Source of the DNA: an uncultured Shinella sp. | GTDB lineage: Bacteria; Pseudomonadota; Alphaproteobacteria; Rhizobiales; Rhizobiaceae | Assembly (NCBI GenBank): GCA_965650295.1 | Contig: CBFGOD010000001.1 | Span: 1-32,383 of the forward strand | Reading direction: 5' to 3' | Length of the DNA: 32,383 nucleotides | Part shown: positions 9,649 to 17,759 of the stretch, in pieces | Layout of the letters: every line of letters begins with the position of its first letter | How positions within the stretch are numbered: the stretch's first letter is position 1 | Translations under genes and position numbers: made by a program | The notes under the pieces: model-generated | The model's database searches: none | What the model saw: the letters and a program-made list of their open reading frames with translations, nothing else | Told to the model about the DNA's origin: nothing

Positions 9649-10667
9649 TTTTCAACAATGTCAGCAAGGATTTTGGCATTGGCCGGCCTGCCGTGAGCAA
9701 TCTGTCGCTTGATGTGCGAGAGGGCAGCTTCCTGGCATTGCTTGGCCCTTCGGGCTGCGGCAAGACGACCGTGCTGCGCATGGTCGCCGGCTTCGAGACC
9801 CCCACCGACGGCGCGATCTTTCTGGGGGAGCGATTGGTGGCCGATGCTACACAATCTCTGCCGCCGGAGCGGCGCAACATGGCGATGGTCTTTCAGTCCT
9901 ACGCGCTGTGGCCGCATATGAGCGTGGCGGACAATGTCGGCTATCCGCTCAAGGTGCGCGGTGTTTCGAAGGATGCCTATCGCAGCCGGATCCGCGAAGC
10001 ACTCGACGCGGTGCGTCTCGCCGATCTTGCCGAACGCCGTCCCTCTGACCTCTCCGGCGGCCAGCGCCAGCGGGTGGCTCTGGCGCGCTGCCTCGTCACC
10101 CAGCCTGATGTGGTGCTTCTCGATGAGCCGTTGGCCAACCTCGATCGCCATCTGCGACAGGAAATGGAGGAAACGTTCCGGGACTTCCATCAACGGTCCG
10201 GCGCCACGATGGTCTATGTCACGCATGATCAGAGCGAGGCCATGGCGCTTTCTACCGATATAGCGGTCATGTCCGAGGGCAAGCTCCTTCAGGTAGCACC
10301 TCCGGAAGCGTTGTACGCGCGTCCGAACGGCCGTCTTGTCGGCGGCCTGATTGGTCGCGGCGCCATTCTGTCGATCCCGGCATCTGAATTGGTGGACAGA
10401 ACACTCGAATGGGCCACCTTGCGTATGGCCTTGGAAGCACCCGTGCCGAATGGCCAGCCGGCTATGGATATTCTCGTTCGTCCAGAGAATGTTCATCTCG
10501 ACGGCGAGGGGATCGCCGCCCGCGTCCGATCATCGTTCTACGAAGGTGAGCGCTATAGCCTGACGCTGGAATTGGCGAATGGGCAAACCCTTCGCGCCTT
10601 CAGCCGCCACGCGTCGAAGCCGGGTGACATATTGGGTGTGATCGTCGCGTCCGCCTGGCGACTGTAG
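9636..10667 (+). CDS. ABC transporter ATP-binding protein, AfuC/FbpC/PotA-like
   Basis: Walker A GPSGCGKT, Q-loop VFQSYAL, LSGGQRQR, Walker B VLLDEP and VTHD, with a TOBE-like C-terminus. Overlaps the permease stop. Confidence 0.95.
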   Translation: MAKLIFNNVSKDFGIGRPAVSNLSLDVREGSFLALLGPSGCGKTTVLRMVAGFETPTDGAIFLGERLVADATQSLPPERRNMAMVFQSYALWPHMSVADNVGYPLKVRGVSKDAYRSRIREALDAVRLADLAERRPSDLSGGQRQRVALARCLVTQPDVVLLDEPLANLDRHLRQEMEETFRDFHQRSGATMVYVTHDQSEAMALSTDIAVMSEGKLLQVAPPEALYARPNGRLVGGLIGRGAILSIPASELVDRTLEWATLRMALEAPVPNGQPAMDILVRPENVHLDGEGIAARVRSSFYEGERYSLTLELANGQTLRAFSRHASKPGDILGVIVASAWRL

Positions 10668-10687
10668 ATTTGCTCGAAGATCTGGAA

Positions 10688-10706
10688 TGCGGCTCTTCGG
10701 GCCGCA
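10688..10706. terminator. Possible terminator hairpin between convergent genes
   Basis: TGCGGCTC-ttc-GGGCCGCA, an 8-bp stem with one G-U pair, 20 nt after the ATPase stop. No clear U-tract. Confidence 0.35.
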
Positions 10707-10759
10707 ATCTGCCCTACGGGTGTCCACATTGCCCAGGGGTGGTGTGCAACGTGCTGAAA

Positions 10760-12442
10760 TTACCCAAACTTCTGCCGCGTCCAGTCGTCTAGCCGCTCGC
10801 TCAGTTGCTGGCGTTGGTCGTCTGAAAACGAGCGGACGATGTCCTGAAGCTGTTTCAGGGCGTCCTCACGCCCCTCGCGCGAGGCGAGGGTATACCAGAA
10901 CGCCGCTTCCATCGGGTCCGGCTTCACGCCCTTTCCCTCGTTGTAGATATTTCCGAGATTGATATAGGCGGCGACGGCGCCGAGCCTGGCCGCACGAAGG
11001 AAGATGTCGCGTGCGATCGTGTTGTCTTGCTTGAGGCCGGTGCCCTGCATGTAAAGCGTGGCCAGATTGACCATGGCGTTGCGATCGCCGAGGTTCGTTC
11101 CGCGCTGGAAGAAGTCGATGGCCTTGGGGACATCGACCTTCGTTCCGAAACCGTTGAGGTGTATGAGCCCGATCTTGTCGAGTGCGGATGACCAGTTTTG
11201 GTCTCCTGCCAATGTCAGCCACTTCAGCGCCTGCTTGTAATCCTGCTTCACGCCCTGGCCTTGCATATACATATACCCGACATTGCTCTGGTCTTCGACG
11301 TGACCAAGTTCGGCGGCATGCAGATACAGCTCGAAAGCCTTCGACAGGTCCTTTTCGACACCAAGACCCTTGCGATAGAGGTTGCCCATATTGTGATAGG
11401 CGGCGAGATTGCCGGCCTTCATCGCAACTTCGTTGAGTTTCCGCGCCTCGTCACCGCGCCCCGCCTTGTCGAGCGCCCGGGCCAAAAGCGTTTTGAACCG
11501 CATGGTCGAGGGATCCTGCTTGATCGCCGCCTCGCAGGCCGGGATGGCGACATTTGGATCCAGATTGGCGTAATCGACGCTCGGCCCGATCCGCTCGGGA
11601 TCAGAGGGATGTGCGGCGGCGAGATCGCAAGGTGTTGCTTCGATGATAGCCTTTTCGCCGGCTTGCGGCTGCAAGACGATATCGGAAATCAGCGACGAGT
11701 TTTCCCAGGGAAGCTGCTTGCCTTGCGTGGCCTTCACGACCTGGGCGCGGGCGCGCTTGAAGACGGATTCGATCGATTGTCCGGGTTCCACCAGCGCTGC
11801 TGCAAGCGCCGTCGTATAAGGACTGTTCTTGCCGTCGCCATCCTGCGCGACCGAGCCCGGCGACGTCGAAAAGGCGATCAAGGTCCCGATCTTGTTGCTT
11901 TCGATGCGCGCAAGGCCGCGCGTCGGTGCGCCGCCGATCGACCGGCTGACGCTCTGGAACGGATTGTCCCGGCAGGCGTCGAGAATGAAGATCAGCGAGC
12001 CCGCCTGAGAGGTCTCGAACTGCCGCACCACTTCGTTTGCCGCGATCGTGAACCAGGGCAGGTCATCGACCGATTTCAGGGCGGCATCGACCGGAATAAG
12101 GTAGTTTTCCTCATTCGCCTGTACGCCATGCCCGGCAAAATAGATCACCACGATGTCGTTGGGCTGAATTCGCCCGCGAAAATCAACCATTGCGCGGCCC
12201 ATCGCGGACTTGTCCGCGTTGATGACCGTGGTCACGTCAAACCCCACTTTACGCAGGGAAGCGGATATAAGCTCGGCGTCGGCGATGGAGTTCTTCAATA
12301 AAGGCAACGACTTATATGTCATGTTGCCGATCACGAGCGCGATCTTGCGGCCCGTCTTATCGTTTTCCGCTGCAAAGACGCTGCTGCAAAAAATGATGAG
12401 GACAACCAGAACAGACGACATCAGGAATCTGATGAATTTCAC
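10760..12442 (-). CDS. Exported caspase-family (peptidase C14) protease with Sel1-like repeats
   Basis: Signal peptide ending SSVFA-A. Motifs RKIALVIGN.TY, YFAGHG (catalytic His), ILDACRDNPF (catalytic Cys), NSPYT.AL and QLPWENSSL. Five ~36-aa Sel1 repeats (e.g. AAYHNMGNLYRKGLGVEKDLSKAFELYLHAAELG). Confidence 0.92.
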   Translation of the reverse strand: MKFIRFLMSSVLVVLIIFCSSVFAAENDKTGRKIALVIGNMTYKSLPLLKNSIADAELISASLRKVGFDVTTVINADKSAMGRAMVDFRGRIQPNDIVVIYFAGHGVQANEENYLIPVDAALKSVDDLPWFTIAANEVVRQFETSQAGSLIFILDACRDNPFQSVSRSIGGAPTRGLARIESNKIGTLIAFSTSPGSVAQDGDGKNSPYTTALAAALVEPGQSIESVFKRARAQVVKATQGKQLPWENSSLISDIVLQPQAGEKAIIEATPCDLAAAHPSDPERIGPSVDYANLDPNVAIPACEAAIKQDPSTMRFKTLLARALDKAGRGDEARKLNEVAMKAGNLAAYHNMGNLYRKGLGVEKDLSKAFELYLHAAELGHVEDQSNVGYMYMQGQGVKQDYKQALKWLTLAGDQNWSSALDKIGLIHLNGFGTKVDVPKAIDFFQRGTNLGDRNAMVNLATLYMQGTGLKQDNTIARDIFLRAARLGAVAAYINLGNIYNEGKGVKPDPMEAAFWYTLASREGREDALKQLQDIVRSFSDDQRQQLSERLDDWTRQKFG

Positions 12443-12482
12443 TGGACGACCTCTTCATCTGGGCGCGGAACCAAGAGACGCG

Positions 12483-12698
12483 TCAATAGTTGGATTTTCC
12501 CTCGCCGCTGGTGGAAACGTGCCTCTTCTTCTGCCGAGGCTGTTTCTGCTTCGGCTCGACGCAGCGCTGGTTGACCACGCCTTCACTGGTGTTGCAGATT
12601 TCAGGCTTACCGGCGGATGTCTCGCACCCGCTCAAGACCGCGGTTCCTGCCAGCATGGCGACCAGAGCTGTTATTTTACCCGTCAAAAACTTCGTCAT
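12483..12698 (-). CDS. Small putative lipoprotein, 71 aa
   Basis: MTKFLTGKITALVAMLAGTAVLSG-C has a basic N-region, hydrophobic core and lipobox LSGC. Its stop is 40 nt upstream of the caspase gene on the same strand. Confidence 0.7.
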   Translation of the reverse strand: MTKFLTGKITALVAMLAGTAVLSGCETSAGKPEICNTSEGVVNQRCVEPKQKQPRQKKRHVSTSGEGKSNY

Positions 12699-13014
12699 AA
12701 TGCACCGAGTAACGAGAGGGAAAGTACATATGGACGTCAAGGTAAATTGCGTATCTTCTAATGGATTGTGCTAAGCGAAACCCTTTCTGTCAACCGGAAA
12801 GACATCGCCGACGGCCTTCGGAATGGCAGAAAATGGGTGGAAATCTTCAGTCCGTGGCGAAGCTTCGATACCCTTGCCGGCATGGAAATACGCCGCCGCT
12901 ACTGTCCTGCAATTGTAGAATTCCCGATCCGCATATAGCGTTGCTTTTGCAGGCGCAGTTCGGATCGCGCGACAAGCCTGTCGGGCAGGATGACGAGGAA
13001 TTCCGGGGGGCCGT

Positions 13015-14724
13015 TTGCTGTTTCTGAAGGGCGATGATGCCAAAGCGCTTCGGCAGCGCGCGCTGCAGGATCCGTTGGCGGCAAACTTGGCGCAAGCTGT
13101 CGTGGGCCAAGCGCAGGCAATCCTGTCCGAGCCGGTCATCGAGCGCCGTTTCGAGGCCGGGCGTCCCGTCATGCTACCCACATCGCGGCTGATGGCAGAC
13201 CGCGCCTTCGTTTTGGGTATCGCGTTTTTTCTGACCGGTGGCCAGATTTATCGGCGGCGGCTGATTGACGAGATGCTGGCGGTTTCGGCCTTTCCCGACT
13301 GGAACATGACGCATTTCATCGATGCCGCCGAGATGCTGGCCGCCGTTGCGATCGGCCGCGACTGGTGCGCGCCGTTGCTCACTACTGGAGAGAAGCGTGT
13401 CATCGACACGGCGATGGTCGAATTTGCGATGAAGCCGGGGCTTTATTCGTTGATCGACAGTCCGAAATGGCCGCGGATACGGACCAACTGGAATATCGTT
13501 TGTAGTGCCAGCCTGATCATCGGCGCCCTTGTTGTCGATGACACTCACCAGGAGATCAGTACTGACGTCCTCGAACGGGCTTGCGCTGCCATCCAGATTG
13601 GGCTCGCGGCCTATGGTCGCGATGGCGGTTGGCCTGAGGGCGCCGGTTATTGGGAATATGCGACCCGCTTTGCCGTTCTGGCCTTTGCCGCACTGGAGAG
13701 CAGGGGCTGTACCCTGTTGAAAATCGAGAATTTTCCGGCGCTTCTCGACACTTGGCGGTTCGGGCGGGCACTGACCGCGCCCTCAGGCCTGGTCTTCGAT
13801 TCCGGCGACAGTCTTGCCCTTGGCCGGCGGCTGCCGGTCTATGGCTGGCTTGCGAACAGAAGCGCCGATGCCGGTGCTGCCGATTGGCAATGGCGAGCGC
13901 CGGGAGATCGTCATCCTCTCGACCTGCTATGGTTCGCGCCCGCTCCGATTGGGATTGCAGAAGCACGATCGGATGTCGAAGTCTTTCGCGATGCCGGCTA
14001 CGCGGTGGTGGCAGGAGAGGGTGGCACCTATCTCGCGGTCCGCGGCGGGTCGAACCGTACCAACCACGCCCATCTCGATCTCGGCACCTTCATCCTGGAA
14101 TGCGACGGCGTCAGGTTCGCCAGCGATCTTGGACGGGAAGATTATGCGGTGCCGGGCTACTTTAAGGCCGAGACCCGTTTTACCCATTTCCGTACCCGCA
14201 CCCGCGCCCACAATACGATAGGTTTTGCCGGACGCGATCAGTCGCTCGATGCCCGCGCCGACTTTGTTGAATGCGAAGGTGAGAGACAGATCGCCTGCCA
14301 TATCCGCGACCCGGATGCGCCTTACGAGCATTTCCGCGCTTTCAAGGTCCTGAATGACAGGTCCGTCATCGTCATCGACCGTCTGCGGCCTGCCAAGGAG
14401 ATGACGACACCCGTCGAGATCATGTGGAATCTCTACACGCAGGCGGTCGTGCGCGCGGGTGAAGCGAGCCTGGAACTGACGATCGGCGACAAGACGATGT
14501 ACCTTGCCATTCAACAGCCGGAAAAGGCTTCGTTGACCGTCGAAACAGTTTCGGAATTGGGGTCCGGGGCGCATGCCTTCAATCGTATTTCGCTGCGGTT
14601 GGAAGCGTCGCGCGACGTTACGATTGCCGCGATCTTTTCAGGCACGCCGGCTCATGATGGAACAGCCGAGATAGACGGTCTTGACCGGTGGCTTGAAGAA
14701 GTGATGCAGCCGGCCCTAGTGTAG
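13015..14724 (+). CDS. Heparinase II/III-like (polysaccharide lyase-like) protein
   Basis: Motifs HFIDAAEM, TNWNIVC, DGGWPEGAGYWEYA, NHAHLDLGTFILE.DG.RFA.DLG and RAHNTI. No signal peptide. Start is uncertain (TTG at 13015; see finding on the G6 tract). Confidence 0.85.
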   Translation: MLFLKGDDAKALRQRALQDPLAANLAQAVVGQAQAILSEPVIERRFEAGRPVMLPTSRLMADRAFVLGIAFFLTGGQIYRRRLIDEMLAVSAFPDWNMTHFIDAAEMLAAVAIGRDWCAPLLTTGEKRVIDTAMVEFAMKPGLYSLIDSPKWPRIRTNWNIVCSASLIIGALVVDDTHQEISTDVLERACAAIQIGLAAYGRDGGWPEGAGYWEYATRFAVLAFAALESRGCTLLKIENFPALLDTWRFGRALTAPSGLVFDSGDSLALGRRLPVYGWLANRSADAGAADWQWRAPGDRHPLDLLWFAPAPIGIAEARSDVEVFRDAGYAVVAGEGGTYLAVRGGSNRTNHAHLDLGTFILECDGVRFASDLGREDYAVPGYFKAETRFTHFRTRTRAHNTIGFAGRDQSLDARADFVECEGERQIACHIRDPDAPYEHFRAFKVLNDRSVIVIDRLRPAKEMTTPVEIMWNLYTQAVVRAGEASLELTIGDKTMYLAIQQPEKASLTVETVSELGSGAHAFNRISLRLEASRDVTIAAIFSGTPAHDGTAEIDGLDRWLEEVMQPALV

Positions 14725-14756
14725 AAATCGGAGCCCGCTCATGGAGGAGGCCGAGG

Positions 14757-15185
14757 ATGCGTTTCTTCAGCACGTTGTTTAAAGCTGCGTCGAAGCCCCG
14801 GCAAGCCGTCGAACCTACCTTGTCGCCCTCCGACGCTCCCGCGACGCGACAGCTCCTGCTGGTGACGATATTGGGTGCCGAGCCGGCGAGAATCGCTGAG
14901 ATCGTCGAGAGGACATCGGCGGCTCATCCTGGCATAAAGATCGTCTATGTAACGGATACGCTCGACTTCGCAATCTTCCGGGAGCGGAAAGCGACGTTCG
15001 AATATATTCCGTCCCTCTCGGAGCAAAACCGGCATGCGGAAGCGATGAATTGGCCGCGTTACCTGAAGCGCCGCTGGGAGCTCATCGAGGCCAAGTGGGC
15101 GCCGACGCAGTCGGTGGCTTACGGGCTCAATTTCGACCGTCTGCTTGCCGCATCCGAACGGGCGGGCACGGCGGGCAAACACTAG
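14757..15185 (+). CDS. Hypothetical protein, 142 aa (paralog of 19979..20437)
   Basis: Strong SD (GGAGGAGG/GAGG). Lies between the lyase-like gene and the GT with short gaps. Shares VY.TD.LDF..FR....FEY.P...EQ..H.E.MNW..YL..RW.L...KW.P....AYG.N with the paralog. Confidence 0.85.
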   Translation: MRFFSTLFKAASKPRQAVEPTLSPSDAPATRQLLLVTILGAEPARIAEIVERTSAAHPGIKIVYVTDTLDFAIFRERKATFEYIPSLSEQNRHAEAMNWPRYLKRRWELIEAKWAPTQSVAYGLNFDRLLAASERAGTAGKH

Positions 15186-15194
15186 CCGGCCCGA

Positions 15195-16283
15195 ATGGTC
15201 ATGCGCCCTGACAACGTCCTTTTTGCATCCTCGAACGGCATCGGTCTCGGCCATCTCGCTCGCCAGATGGCCATAGCGGATAGGCTGGCTGCGGGGCAGC
15301 GCTCCGTTTTCCTGACGATGTCCTACGCGGCAGCGACACTGAAGCAGGCGGGTTATCTCTGCCTGATGACTGCGCATCACCGCAGCAACGGTTTGGAGGT
15401 GGAGGCCTGGAACGCGGCTCTCGAGCAGGAATATCTCATGACGATCGATGAACTCAGGCCAAAGGCCTTCGTTTACGATGCGACCGCCGTCTTCGGCGGC
15501 GTCGTCGAGATGCTGTATCGCGTGCCGAAGCTGACGTCGATCTGGATAAGGCGGCCGATGTGGCGTCCGGTGCATGCCCAGTTTCTGCAGCATTCGGCGC
15601 GGTTTACGCTCGTCGTCGAACCCGGTGAACTGGCGGACGAGCTGGATGATGGCCCGACGAAGGCAGTTCAGTCCGAAACCATGCGGGTTTCGCCCATTCT
15701 GCATACGGATCCGGGCGACCGGCTGACACGTGACGCGGCACGGCAGGCTCTTGGCTTGCCTTTGGATGCAGTCGTCATCTGCCTGCAGATTTCCAACGGC
15801 GGTGCCTATGACCTCGGGGGCGTCCGCGCTTCCGTCATCGAACGGTTGCTGGCCCTGGACAATGTTTTCGTCGTCGAATTTCGCTCAGCGCTCGTGCCGG
15901 CGGCGGACAGTGCCGACAATCCACGACATTTGATGTTGAACCTGTTTCCCGCCTTTCGCTACAGCGCTGCCTGGGATGCCGCGATATCCGCAGCAGGTTA
16001 CAACAGCTTTCACGAAAACGTTCTCGGCGCCGTGCCTACTCTTTTCGTGCCGAACGAAGGCGACGAGATGGACATGCAGGCGACAAGGGCGCGATGGGCA
16101 AAACAGCAAGGCTGCGGGCTGATGATACGTCGCGAGGAAGCCGGAGAGCTCGATGCCGCTCTTGAGCAGCTGCTCGATGCCGGTGAGCGGGACGCGATGA
16201 GAAACCGCTGCCGGTCGATCGAATGGAGCAACGGTGCGATAGCCCTCGCACGTCACATCGATGCGCTACCGTCCGTGACCTGA
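15195..16283 (+). CDS. GT-B glycosyltransferase, MurG/GT28-like
   Basis: N-terminal NVLFASSNGIGLGHL.R and C-terminal ISAAGYNSFHE..LGAVPTLFVPN...MDMQ..RA nucleotide-sugar-binding-type segment. Alternative start at ATG 15201. Confidence 0.85.
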   Translation: MVMRPDNVLFASSNGIGLGHLARQMAIADRLAAGQRSVFLTMSYAAATLKQAGYLCLMTAHHRSNGLEVEAWNAALEQEYLMTIDELRPKAFVYDATAVFGGVVEMLYRVPKLTSIWIRRPMWRPVHAQFLQHSARFTLVVEPGELADELDDGPTKAVQSETMRVSPILHTDPGDRLTRDAARQALGLPLDAVVICLQISNGGAYDLGGVRASVIERLLALDNVFVVEFRSALVPAADSADNPRHLMLNLFPAFRYSAAWDAAISAAGYNSFHENVLGAVPTLFVPNEGDEMDMQATRARWAKQQGCGLMIRREEAGELDAALEQLLDAGERDAMRNRCRSIEWSNGAIALARHIDALPSVT

Positions 16284-16347
16284 AAGGGGAGTGCCAGTAG
16301 CAGGGCATCCTCCATCTGATCATCGGCCGGAAAGCCGAAGATGCGCG

Positions 16348-17652
16348 TCACAGGGAGTAGGCCGGCACAGGGCTGCGTTCGATCTCGACATTTTCCGCCG
16401 TGGGCGGAAAGTTCGCAAGCCGCTCATCGACATCGAACAGTTTTCGGTGCGTTCCCTGGTCGCCGCGCGCCTTCTCGAAGATGGCGATCGCGCCGGCGCT
16501 CTCAGCGACGGTTGCAGCATCGAAGGATTGCCGGCGCAGTGCGACATCCAGGGCTTCGTAAAGTGTGTCGAACAGCTTTTCGCGGTCGTTGCGGATGATG
16601 AAGTCCATCCAGCGGCGACACCAGTCGTCCTTGACGGCCTGCGGCAGAAATTCGACCGCCATGAAGTTCGTGGCCTTGCGCGGAAACATCAACTTTGCCG
16701 TGACCTTGAGATGACGGTCGATGGCAAATTGCAGGAGATCGCCGAGATGCAGGAGGCCGAACGATGTCAGGGTCACGTCGAGTGCGATGTCTATCGACGG
16801 CGATTTCCGTGCCAATGCGATCAGAGCGTCCATGTTCTCGGAAAAATGTGCGGTCCTGAAACCGCTGCGGATATATTCGCCCGCCATGCCCAGACCATCC
16901 ACCGACGCCTGCACCGTGACATGCGAGAAATGCGGCCAGAGGTCTTCGACCGTCTGGCCCTTGAATTTCAACATGGTCAGATTGGTGTTGTAGGCGACAT
17001 CGGTATGCCGGGCGTGGCCCGTGCTGATGAGCTCGTTCATGACGGTCCAATGGGTCTCGTCGAACAGCGGCTCACCGCCGGCCCAATAGAGATGGCTGAT
17101 CGTTCCCGCGCGCGCGGCCGCGATGAGTTCGTCCCGCGCGATCGACTGCGCCTCGTTGCGCGCCTCGATATAGCTTCTGTCCCAAAATGTCGGATCGCGG
17201 TCGAGTTTCTGAAGTTCCGGATCGCGGCGTATTTCCATCTCGAGCGTCGTCGAGTAACGCGGGCCGCAGATCCGGCATTTCAGATTGCAGGTCGATGAGC
17301 GATAGTCGAACGTAAAGGGTTCGAGGCTCGTCGATCCGTCGGCATTCGTTGCGGCAATGGCAGGGCCAACCCATTCCGGCCAGCGCGCCATCATCTGATC
17401 GCGATAGGTGATGGCGCGGTTGGATTGCTGGCTGCAATCGCTGCACCGCGGAAGAAGTTCGCCCGCCAGCATCTGGCGGCGCACCTGCTTCATTTCCTCG
17501 GAGTTCCAATAGTCCGCCAAACGGTTTTGGGCGGGGCTGGGCGCGTTGCCGAGATTGACCGTATCGACGCAACAGAGCTTTCGGTGCCCTTGCGCCGTCA
17601 CATGGGCATGAATCCAGGGGATGAGACAGAAACCTTTGGGAATCTGATGCAT
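16348..17652 (-). CDS. Radical SAM protein with N-terminal twitch/SPASM-like domain
   Basis: CNLKCRIC (CxxxCxxC), YWAGGEPL, YNTNLT and ASVDG...GEYIRSG. N-terminal Cys set FC9LIPW...LC27C28...YWNSEEM..VR..ML.GE...C70SDC73. GAGG SD upstream. Confidence 0.9.
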   Translation of the reverse strand: MHQIPKGFCLIPWIHAHVTAQGHRKLCCVDTVNLGNAPSPAQNRLADYWNSEEMKQVRRQMLAGELLPRCSDCSQQSNRAITYRDQMMARWPEWVGPAIAATNADGSTSLEPFTFDYRSSTCNLKCRICGPRYSTTLEMEIRRDPELQKLDRDPTFWDRSYIEARNEAQSIARDELIAAARAGTISHLYWAGGEPLFDETHWTVMNELISTGHARHTDVAYNTNLTMLKFKGQTVEDLWPHFSHVTVQASVDGLGMAGEYIRSGFRTAHFSENMDALIALARKSPSIDIALDVTLTSFGLLHLGDLLQFAIDRHLKVTAKLMFPRKATNFMAVEFLPQAVKDDWCRRWMDFIIRNDREKLFDTLYEALDVALRRQSFDAATVAESAGAIAIFEKARGDQGTHRKLFDVDERLANFPPTAENVEIERSPVPAYSL

Positions 17653-17759
17653 CGTCTTGCCTCACCTGCTGCTCGCCCGAATTATGTCGGCTCCCAAAAG
17701 CAAGTCAATGCGCCGACAAGGATCAGCCCTCCGGCCTTTTGCCCTTGCGGCGTGCCTCG

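Noticed and set aside
10760..12442. Caspase as part of an anti-phage or gasdermin-type cell-death system
   Set aside because: It carries a Sec signal peptide and Sel1 repeats, and no gasdermin, TIR, NACHT/STAND or cyclase neighbour is visible.
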